Assembly: GCA_030704615.1 (NCBI GenBank)
Contig: JAKLZA010000200.1
Location: 1-13,000, forward strand
Source of the DNA: Takakia lepidozioides
Lineage: Eukaryota; Plantae; Bryophyta
DNA: 13,000 nt
Direction: 5' to 3'
Below, piece by piece: positions 1 to 8,673 of the stretch; position 1 is the stretch's first letter; each line of letters begins with the position of its first letter. A model generated the notes under the pieces. That model was not told where the DNA came from and made no database searches. It saw only the letters and a program-made list of their open reading frames with translations. The position numbers and the translations under genes were made by a program.

Positions 1-264
1 CACAGCCAACACAGCCCGTCACAGTCGTCACAGCCCACACAGCCCACACAGCCGTCACAGCCCACACAGCCAACACAGCCCGTCACAGTCGTCACAGCCC
101 ACACAGCCGTCACAGTCGTCACAGCCCACACAGCCCACACAGCCCGTCACAGTCGTCACAGCAGACATAGCCCACACAGCCAGTCACAGCCCGGCACAGC
201 CACACAGCCAGTCACAGCCCGACACAGCCAAACACAGCCAGTCACCGCTTGACACAGCTGTCAC
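1..264 (+). repeat. Minisatellite array in 5' LTR U3, mostly 9-10 bp units CACAGCC(CA/GT/AA/CGT/AGT)
   Basis: About 28 visible units; terminates in TGACACAGCTGTCA (250-263). Confidence 0.97.
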
Positions 265-660
265 GATAATAGGGAACGAAGAGTAGGACAGGGAACGACT
301 GTGGGGAACAACACCAGTGAAGGGAACATGTTAGTTCACATACGACGGTTAGAGAGGGAAACGGTTAGAACCGCGGATAGGAGGATAAAGGGAAGAACGG
401 GGAATAGGAAGGAGATCATTATTCGGGGAGGACTTCGGAGACAGGCGGGAGCGGAGATCGGAGAGCACGATGAAGGAGAAAAGAGGATTAGTAGAAGCTT
501 GTCATATGCAAAGCTAGAGTGATATTGTAGAGCAGATTAGAGACATAATGGATTCGGCCTGATACCTGATAAATCATAATCTGATACTTATACGATACAA
601 TCACACTGTGTAGAGAGATCTGAGTGAAGCTGTGGATTGAATGGAGGAGTTAAGGAAACC

Positions 661-666
661 AATAAA
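661..666 (+). promoter_or_regulatory. Candidate polyadenylation signal AATAAA in the LTR
   Basis: AATAAA about 210 nt before the LTR end; the position is plausible for R/U5 but the motif is short. Confidence 0.35.
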
Positions 667-880
667 TTGATGAAGCAAACTGATACTTAATTATCAATGG
701 TAAGGTAGCTAAGATGAATGCGGAAAGGAAACAAATAGGAAACACCCCCATGATACACTAGCTGTAGGTCATGACTGATTGTTCTGCGCGGGCTGAGTAC
801 TTAGAGATTTCCAACTCTTCTATCTTGGAGTTTCCGCCTCGGATAGCGAAGGGATGGGTGAGTAAAAGCCGCGCGACATT

Positions 881-898
881 TGGCGACCATACTGGGGA
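881..898 (+). promoter_or_regulatory. Primer binding site, probably tRNA-Arg
   Basis: TGGCGACCATACTGGGGA directly after the LTR end (CA-TT). It resembles the TGGCGAC...CTGGGGA tRNA-Arg PBS type known from Ogre/Tat-group elements. Confidence 0.85.
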
Positions 899-906
899 CC
901 TGGGAC

Positions 907-1466
907 ATGAACAACCAGATGTGACAGGCATCTGGTGGGATCATGGTGGTTGGACCATTAAAGAGTTTGAAGTGAATCAAATTCCCTGTGGAACGAAGGA
1001 AGAAAGATTGTCCAAACAATTCTTTCAAAGGTTCTTGGAATTGCCAGACGGATGTAAAGAAAATATTCTTAAACGAGTGCATGATGCTGATCCAGAATGG
1101 GGTCTGGAGAAAGGAGTGATAAAGATTTATCAGGTAGCCTGTAGAGGAAGAGCACGTTGGTTACCAACATTAGTTTATGTGATAGCGTTGCTATCCATTA
1201 AACGAGTAGAGTTTGAAGGTTGGGAAGAAAGAAAGGTGAATGTTTATACTCATATGCATGAAGAGCTTGTACTGGTAAAGAATTGGATTCCAAAGGATAT
1301 TTTGTGGATCAAACTCACACCAAGAACAGCTTTTCAGACTTGTTTGCCATATGGTTATATGGTAACGGAGACTTCAAGTATAGCCAAGGGTGCATTGAAG
1401 CTTGAAAGAAATCCAGGCATATACGAGAGATATTACAGAAGAGAGTTTTGGTTATTGCCACATTAA
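907..1466 (+). CDS. Upstream ORF of unknown function (~185 aa), or an N-terminal extension of gag
   Basis: Frame open from 771 to 1466. ATG at 907 joins this frame if one C is restored (ATG AAC AAC [C]CA GAT GTG...). The product is globular-looking and aromatic-rich (GIWWDHGGW...WIPKDILW...YYRREFW); family not recognised. Confidence 0.55.
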
Positions 1467-1487
1467 AAGAAATGAAAGACATGGGAC

Positions 1488-3817
1488 ATGAGTGATGAAA
1501 GAGAAGCTAGACGACAAAGATATTCATCAAAAAGAGAAAGCTATCTGAAAGCTAATTATCCATATCTTTGGAGAGAGGAATAGACATAGGGGAATCATCT
1601 GGACCTCTCACACCATCAAGATCAAAAAGTGCATCACCTATACCGGAAGAACTAGAGTTGGATGCCACTCCTTCTGTTTCTTTGCAAGAAAGATTAAGGG
1701 AATTGGTACAGGAAGAAGATCAATCACGAGGTGAAAGATCTGAGGTACATCCTTGGATAAAAGACTTGACAGAAATCTTTGATAAGAGTTGGCATGGAAC
1801 ACCAAAAGCAGGAACTCCAGTTTCTGAAGCAGAAGATGAAGAAGGAGATGAGGATGTGGCAGAGCCAACGGAGAGTTCAGACTCTCCAACACCATTACAG
1901 TTGAGTTACATGAGTGAAGAAGAAACCCAAGGGCAGAACTTGGAGGATGATGAAAACAGAGAGAAGAAATTGGAAGAGGAAGAATATGAAGAAGTAGACC
2001 CAACAGCTGAGGTTGAGACTACAACCAGGACATCCCAACCCGTTGGACCTGGATCAAGTGGAGCACTTGGATCACAGGCCAACGAAGGTGTCGGCTCAGG
2101 GGGATCAGGCGGGCTGCCTGGATCTGGCTCTGGGGGGACAGGGAGTGTGGGAAGTAGTGCACTGAAGCTGAAATACTGGGAATACTGTGAATATCGTGGG
2201 GCCAGAAGCAGGGAGTGCTCAAGGGCCACCACTTGGTGGAAGATCCACCACAAAAACAACAGGTCCAGAAGGACCAGCACCAGCAAGGGTGCCAGCACCT
2301 GTCAGTGGGCAGAAGGTAGGGCCACAGATGGCGTTACAACCAACACGGGCAAAACCACCCTTTCCAATATATTCAGGAAAAGGGGATCCGATGTACACAT
2401 TAGCCAATTTGAGCACATGTGTATAGTGAACAATGAGAATGGCGATGATGCCAAGATGAGACTGTTTCCTTGTTCACTTATCAAGAAAGCAAGTGAATGG
2501 TATGCAAGATTCCCTGATAATCATTTCCTAACCTGGAATGGCTTGAATACAGCATTTCGAAATAGGTTCAGGACAAGTAAAACTGAGGATGAAGTGTATG
2601 GAAGTTTACAACAGCTGAAGCAGAAGAAGCATGAAACTGTTGAAGAGTATATGGAGAAGATGGAATTGATGATGAAAAAGCTGGCTGCAGTACCAGCACC
2701 CGGTTTACAGAAGACTTGGTTTGTGAGTGGACTAAGACCAGAGTTGCAGAAAGAAAGTGGATATGTTACCCCATAATACAGTGGAGGAGGCATTTGAAAC
2801 TGCAAACAGAATTGAGCAATTGGGAATGCTCAGGAGAGAGAAAAAGGAAGATGAGGACTCTGAAGATGAGTCAGATGAAGAAGAAGAGCAAGAACTAAAA
2901 AGAAAGAGTAAGAGAAAGGAAAAGTTGAAGAGGGATAACTATGAGAAAAGATTGGAAGAAATCTTGAAGAAGTATGCCACAGAGGCTGCAACACATTGGA
3001 GGAGGGTGTATGGTGTGCAAAGTGCCAGAATGAAGGCCATACCACTACAGAATGCCACATGAAGGAGAAACACTGTACTATCTGTAAAATGGATAACCAT
3101 TCTACTGAGAATTGTTACTACAACAGAAGGACAGCTGCAAGAGAACCTAGGCAAGTGAGGGTGCATCAGGTGCAGCCCCAGCCAAGAAGAAGCAATGATC
3201 AGGACCACTATGGTAGGTCTGGTGGTTATAACAATGGCATGGAAGGGAGAGGTAATTCAAGAGGGAATTACCAAGGAAATTCCAGAGGCAACTATCAGGG
3301 TAATCCAAGGGGGAATTACCAGCCCGGAAATCAGGATTATAGAAATAATCCAAGACCAGACCAAGGGCGAGGACCCAATGGTGAAGAGCTATGTTACTAT
3401 TGTAATCAGCCAGGACATCGCAAGGCAGCCTGTTCATTCTGGATAAGACACCAGAATGAGATGAGAGCTCCTGTGAATGAGGGCCCAGTGGTGGCAGCTC
3501 ACATGGTTAGGCCATGTGTTGTACCAGAAGTAAGTACAATGATAGTAACAAGAAGTAAAGCCAAACTAATACCTCCAGTAGAAGAGGAAGAAGATGAGAC
3601 TGGAAGTGGCAATGATATGCCTGAAGATGAAGAGACTTGGAAGGATGAGAAGGAACTGCACAAGGAAGTGGCAGATACTATAAGGGAAATGCAAAAGAGT
3701 ACGGATATTCCTGTGGCAGATTCCTCTGATTCGGATGGAGAAAAAGAGGGAGTGAGGAAGAAAGGAAAAAAGAAGATGCAGACATGCAAAGTAATGAAGA
3801 GACTTTGGCTGAAGTAA
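1488..3817 (+). pseudogene. gag: gag (frameshifted): acidic/Gly-Ser N-terminus, retrotransposon capsid domain (~2350-2820), nucleocapsid with three CCHC knuckles
   Basis: PPFPIYSGKGDP/DVHISQFE...LFPCSL...ASEWY...LTWNGLNTAFRNRF...LKQKKHETVEEY...FVSGLRPEL. CX2CX4HX4C at 3014-3055, 3074-3115 and 3392-3433. Stitched from ORFs at 1568, 2187, 2757 and 2996; start uncertain. Confidence 0.9.
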
Positions 3818-4635
3818 TATGTCAGACCAAAGCAGAAATTACCATTGGACAGCTATTAGCTGTGGCACCTTATTGTAGGCACAGGCTGTATCAGGCAATC
3901 AATCGAATTGCCCAAGAGACAGGAAACACAGACCTGAACAGCAAGGTGACCAGTTATAATGTGAAGCCGGAAGGGCGAGAACCAGTCATGGACTTTGATG
4001 ATTCTATGCCAGTAATCCAATTGAGAATTGGAAGCACAGAACTAACTGAAGTACTGATAGATGGTGGTTCTGGAGTAAATATCATGACAGACCAATTAAG
4101 GAAGAAGCTTGGTCTAAGTAACATGAAACCAGCCCCATTTACAGTAACAATGGCAGATCAAAGAAGTGTACAGCCATTGGGATTAATAAGAGGAGTTAAG
4201 ATACAGATACAGAAAATGATCTTTATGATCACAGTAACTGTATTAAAAATGGATGAAGTCATGGAGGCTTACTCCTTATTATTGGGACGTCCGTGGCTGA
4301 AACAGGCAAGGGTATTCCATGACTGGAATTCTCAGTTACTAACTGTGCATAATGGGATGCACGAGATACAAATTACCACAAAGAAATCTAGTAGATTACC
4401 TGCTACAAGAAGACCTCGAGGAGTCAGAGAGTATGACTGGAAGGGAGGACTGGATGAGGAGCAGGAAGCTACCCTATTTGCTGCACACCCAGAATGGGAG
4501 CAGGTTGCAGAGATGCGGCTGGAAAGCCTAAGTTGTTTGAGAGGTATCTGCTGTGGTGTAGTGACAGCAACACCAATTGAAGAGGAAACCAACTGTTACC
4601 CACCACATTTCTATGAAGAAAGGAGGGAGAGATAG
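3784..4635 (+). CDS. pol: pol: retropepsin aspartic protease region
   Basis: VLIDGGSGVNIM (catalytic Asp codon 4060-4062), VTMADQ, and LLLGRPWL. Confidence 0.93.
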   Translation: MQSNEETLAEVICQTKAEITIGQLLAVAPYCRHRLYQAINRIAQETGNTDLNSKVTSYNVKPEGREPVMDFDDSMPVIQLRIGSTELTEVLIDGGSGVNIMTDQLRKKLGLSNMKPAPFTVTMADQRSVQPLGLIRGVKIQIQKMIFMITVTVLKMDEVMEAYSLLLGRPWLKQARVFHDWNSQLLTVHNGMHEIQITTKKSSRLPATRRPRGVREYDWKGGLDEEQEATLFAAHPEWEQVAEMRLESLSCLRGICCGVVTATPIEEETNCYPPHFYEERRER

Positions 4636-4699
4636 AAATCCTAGAAGAACCAGCCACTGTGAGCTTAAGGATGAAGTGGTGACTGGTTGGACAATCACA

Positions 4700-5745
4700 G
4701 CTGATGAGCAGGTGAGAGAAGTAAATGTGGGAACTCAGGAGGAACCAAGAATGGTGAAAGTAGGAGCTGATTTGGAGCCAGAGTTCTTCGAAGAAGCTAA
4801 AAGCTTGTTCATCAAATACAGAGATGTATTTGCTTGGAGCTATGAGGATCTAAAAGGGATACCACCTGAAGTCTGTCAGCATAAAATTGAACTGGAACCA
4901 GGGTCAGTACCAATCAAGCAGGCGAGGTATAGAATGAATCCCAACTACGCACAGAAGGTTGGAGAAGAGATAAGAAGTTGGCTGAGGCTAAGTTTATATA
5001 CCAATAGAGTATACAACTTGGTTGTCACCCATTGTTATAGTTCCCAAGAAGAATGGCAAACTAAGAGTATGTGTGAACTATAAGAAGCTGAATGCTTGTA
5101 CGAAGAAAGATCCTTTCCCTTGCCATTCACAGAAGCAGTATTAGACACTGTGGCAGGCCATGAGATGATTGTACTCATTCATGGATGGCTTCAGTGGTTA
5201 TAATCAAGTGCAAGTGGCAGAAGAGACCAAGGGAAAACAGCTTCATCACAGACTGGGGGGCTTATGCATACAAAGTCATGCCCTTTGGGCTTTGTAATGC
5301 ACACCAGCGACCTTCAGAGAGTGATAAGTGAATCTTTTCAAGAGTATCGGATGATTTCATGCAGGTGTTTTTGGATGATTTCAGTGTGTACAGCTCTAAG
5401 AATGAGCACTTGCATAAATTGGAGTTATGCCTGGCCAGATGCAGGATGAGAGGTCTGGGCTTGAACCCAGAGAAGTGTACTTTCTGTGTGGGGGAATCAG
5501 GGGGCTTCTGGGACACATTGTGTGTAAGAAGGACTCCTTGTGGATCCCAGAAGACAGAGTCCATTAAAGCTCTCTCCCCACCAGTGAATGTTAGAGTTTA
5601 AGGATTCCTTGGGCAAAGCAGTTATTACAGAAGATTTGTCAAAAGGTATGCACAAACAGCAGACCATTGAGCAAGCTTCTGAAGAAAGATGCAGTGTTTG
5701 CATGGACAGCTGAATGTCAACAGGCGTTTGAGGAACTTACACTGT
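4700..5745 (+). pseudogene. pol: pol: reverse transcriptase (multiple frameshifts)
   Basis: YRDVFAWSYEDLKGIPPEVCQHKI; WLSPIVIVPKKNGKLRVCVNYKKLN; KDPFP-PF; MDGFSGYNQV; VMPFGLCNAPA; FLDD at 5368-5379. Boundaries approximate. Confidence 0.95.
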
Positions 5746-5759
5746 CAGTAACAACTACA

Positions 5760-6145
5760 CCTGTGCTGATTAACCCTCACTGGCATGTAGTATTTCATGT
5801 TCACTGCGATGCATCAGGAGAAGCGTTGGAGCAGGTGTTAGCCAGATGATGTTAATATAGATTCACCTGTTGTACTATGCTAGCCGGTTGATGAACAGTG
5901 CTGAGAGGAACTATAGCACAACGGAAGAGAAGCATTGGCAATGATCTATGCAGTGAAGAAATTCAGGCATTACCTATTGGGAAGAAAGTTTATGTTTTAT
6001 GTGGATCACCAGGCTCTGATATATCTGGTGAACAAACCTTTGATAAGTGGAAGGATAGCGAGGTGGTTAATATCTGCATGAGTTTGAGTTCGAGGTTATT
6101 TACAAGCCTGGCCGTTTGCATCTTGTTGCAGATCATTTGTCACGT
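5760..6145 (+). pseudogene. pol: pol: Ty3-type RNase H
   Basis: FHVHCDAS (Asp 5808-5810), YYASRLMNSAERNYS, AMIYAVKKFRHYLLG, VDHQAL, KPGRLHLVADHLSR, read across frames. Confidence 0.93.
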
Positions 6146-6259
6146 CACTAACACACAGGAGAGGCCGCCACAGGAGTGGACGATCAGTTACCTGATGCGA
6201 GTTTATTTGTAATGGAGGTGCAAGGAAGTGCAGATGAATGGTTAGATTGGCAGTGGCCA

Positions 6260-7480
6260 ATCAGATACTACCTTGCTCATGGTCAGTGCCCACCTAGTTA
6301 TGGTAAGGAGCAGAGGAAGAGAATTGCTATCAGAGCTTTACCTTATACTATGGTAGGAAGCAGAATGTATAAGTAGGACACTGACGGAGTACTAAAACGA
6401 TGCTTGTACCACCATGAAGTAATAAAGTCTGGAGGAAGTTCATAAAGGAGTGGCTGGAGGTCATTTTGGAGAAGAAGACCAGTAGAAGAGATATACTCGC
6501 AGGATACTGGTGGCCTACTTTGTTCAAAGATGTACATGAGTATTGTCAGAAAGTGTGATGAATGTCAGAGGCTAGGACCTTTGCAGAGATCTGGAAGAAT
6601 GGCCTTGCATCCTACAATGCCTACGGAACCATTTCAGAAATGGGGACTAGACTTTGTTGGACCAATTAATCCACCATCCAAGAATACACAAAACAGGTAC
6701 ATAATTACAGCCACTGATTATACTACAAAGTGGGTGGAAGCTAAAGCTTTGAGGGACAAAACAGCCAAGTCCACAGCAAGGTTCCTGTACGAGAACATAC
6801 TTACACGATTTGGATGTCCCTTAGAATTTATCAGTGATCAAGGAAGTCACTCATGAATGAGACCATTGAGTTATTGACTAAAGAGTTTATGATTGTGCAT
6901 AGAAAGAGTACAACATATTACCCACAGGGTAATGGACAGGCAGAGGCTACAACAAAATACTATGTACTATCTTGGCTAAGATAGTCAATGCAAACAGAAC
7001 GGATTGGGATACAAAGCTGCTGACAGCTTTATGGTCATACAGGACTTCGTATAAAGTCACCACAAAAGTATACACCATTCCAATTAGTTTATGGTATGGA
7101 AGCCTTACTTCCAGTGGAATTCCTGTTACCTACCATGAGAACGGGTGGGGAAAAAGAATGGAATTGCAAGACTCCATCAAGGTCAGGAAACATGAATTAT
7201 ACCATGTGGAAGAAGTACGTGCTGATGCAGCTGATAATATGACCAGAATTCAGATGAAGCGAAAGGAACAGTTTGATGAAGGCAATTAAAGACTTTTAAG
7301 ACGGGGGATTTGGTTCTATGGTTGCAGAAGAAAGAAAGATTCAAGCTTCTAAGCTTAAATCACCATGGAAAGGACCTTATGTCATCCAAAAGATGTATGA
7401 TAACAACACAGCCATGTTACAAACCATTAACAAAGAAATGCTGGGAAGAGTCAATGCAAATAAGTTGAAGGGTACAGTGG
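6260..7480 (+). pseudogene. pol: pol: integrase (HHCC, DDE core, GPY/F motif), no chromodomain recognised
   Basis: H(6441)..GGHFG..GYWWPTLFKDV..KCDECQ; WGLDFVGP, ISDQGSH, YYPQGNGQAEAT; WSYRTSYK, TPFQLVYG; WKGPYVI (7366-7386); VNANKLK. C-terminal end uncertain. Confidence 0.94.
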
Positions 7481-7616
7481 TATCCATGACAAACCCCTGC
7501 AGCATGATTTGCATGTTGAACCGCAAGAGCAGTCACGGGCTGCACCAGTGTTACGAACAGAGTATGGAACACTTGTCGCTAGGCCCAGTATATATGACCG
7601 GGGTGGGCAAAACAAA

Positions 7617-7980
7617 CGTGACACAGCCTATCACAGCCCATCACGGCATGACACAGCCTATCACAGCCCAGCACGGCGTGACACAGCCTATCACAGCCCA
7701 GCACGGCGTGACACAGCCTATCACAGCCCAGCAGGCGCACACAGCCTATCACAGCCCAGCACGGCGTGACACAGCCTATCACAGCCCAGCAAGGCGCAAC
7801 ACAGCCTATCACAGTCCGTCACGGCGTGACACAGCCTATCACAGCCCGTCACGACGTGACACAGCCTATCACAACCTACCGCAAGCGTGTCACAGCCTAT
7901 CACAGCTTACCACAGTGCAACACAGCCTATCACAGCGTAACACAGTATGACACAGCCTGTCACAGCTCAACACAGCCTAC
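7617..7980 (+). repeat. Internal tandem array, ~12 x 30 bp (GTGACACAGCCTATCACAGCCCAGCACGGC), each unit made of three 10-bp CAC(A/G)GC subunits
   Basis: CACAGCCT(A/G)TCACA starts at 7622, 7652, 7682, 7712, 7740, 7770, 7800, 7830, 7860, 7891, 7921 and 7951; units decay towards the 3' end. Confidence 0.97.
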
Positions 7981-8673
7981 TAAAGTTACACGATCCAAGA
8001 CCATAGAATCAGTGACAAGTGGACACATAAAAACTTCAGGAAAATGGCTGAAGGAAGAAGAAACGGAAATTAATTTAAAAATAGACACGTGGAGGTCAGG
8101 GTGCGACACACAGCAGAGAATGAAGTGCAAGGACAGGTGTCAAAAAGAAAGAGGACAAGAACGGCCGTCAAAAGGGATGAAAGGCGGGCCCATTAATGAA
8201 TACGGAAAAAGGGAAACAGAACGAACGGCAAGTACAGAAAAACTGAATTCATGTCGCATGTGTGATCCTAGTGGACTATCCAACAGGGAAAGTCCACTAA
8301 AGAAGATAAAAGTTAAAATCCAGTCACAGCTGATACAGCCAATAGAAAACCAGAGAAATGATCAAGAAAATGGAGGGAAATTAGCGCAAGAGGCGGCGTC
8401 GTTCTGAGTAACGGGCGTCTCGACAGGACAGGCCATAAATGCTATAACTTGGAAACTATGGAGGAACTAACAGACTATACGCTCGCAATATTACTTACGC
8501 AATGGCAGAGACACGAAACGAAAGAGCAGAGCTTTTCTCTTGAACAATGCTTGCAAGCCCCGCAGGCTTACAAGAGATTACCCATAGCTTTCTGCGGCAA
8601 CCATACGTTTCTGCTTTGTGCACTACAGGCATTCCTGCAGTTGTTACAGCCAAAGCAGTTCTGTGAGTCTAAG
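7981..8673 (+). promoter_or_regulatory. Putative internal promoter/leader of the 3' extra ORF
   Basis: CpG-rich; G-box GACACGTGG (8084-8092); site II-like GGCCCATTA (8187-8195); solo GTCACAGC..ACAGCC (8321-8340); weak TATA-like CATAAATGCTATAA (8434-8447). Function is inferred. Confidence 0.45.

Larger units (their letters stand above)
1..878 (+). repeat. 5' LTR (left end outside the window; full length about 1.05-1.1 kb by comparison with the 3' LTR)
   Basis: Matches the 3' LTR at an offset of ~12436 (GTGGGGAACAACACC at 301 and 12737). Ends ...GCGCGACA at 878, 2 nt before the PBS TGG. Confidence 0.9.

Noticed and set aside
301-522. Short LTR ORF (also at 12737-12919)
   Set aside because: GTG start, and the frame is not preserved between the two LTRs.
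3730-3817. Programmed -1 gag/pol frameshift at A AAA AAG
   Set aside because: The position is plausible, but it cannot be distinguished from the many other single-base indels, and no clear stimulatory structure was seen.
7390-7620. Chromodomain after the integrase
   Set aside because: No chromodomain aromatic-cage pattern is visible after the GPY/F motif.
7617-7980. CRISPR-like array
   Set aside because: Units are head-to-tail with no unique spacers, there are no cas genes, and the context is a eukaryotic retroelement.
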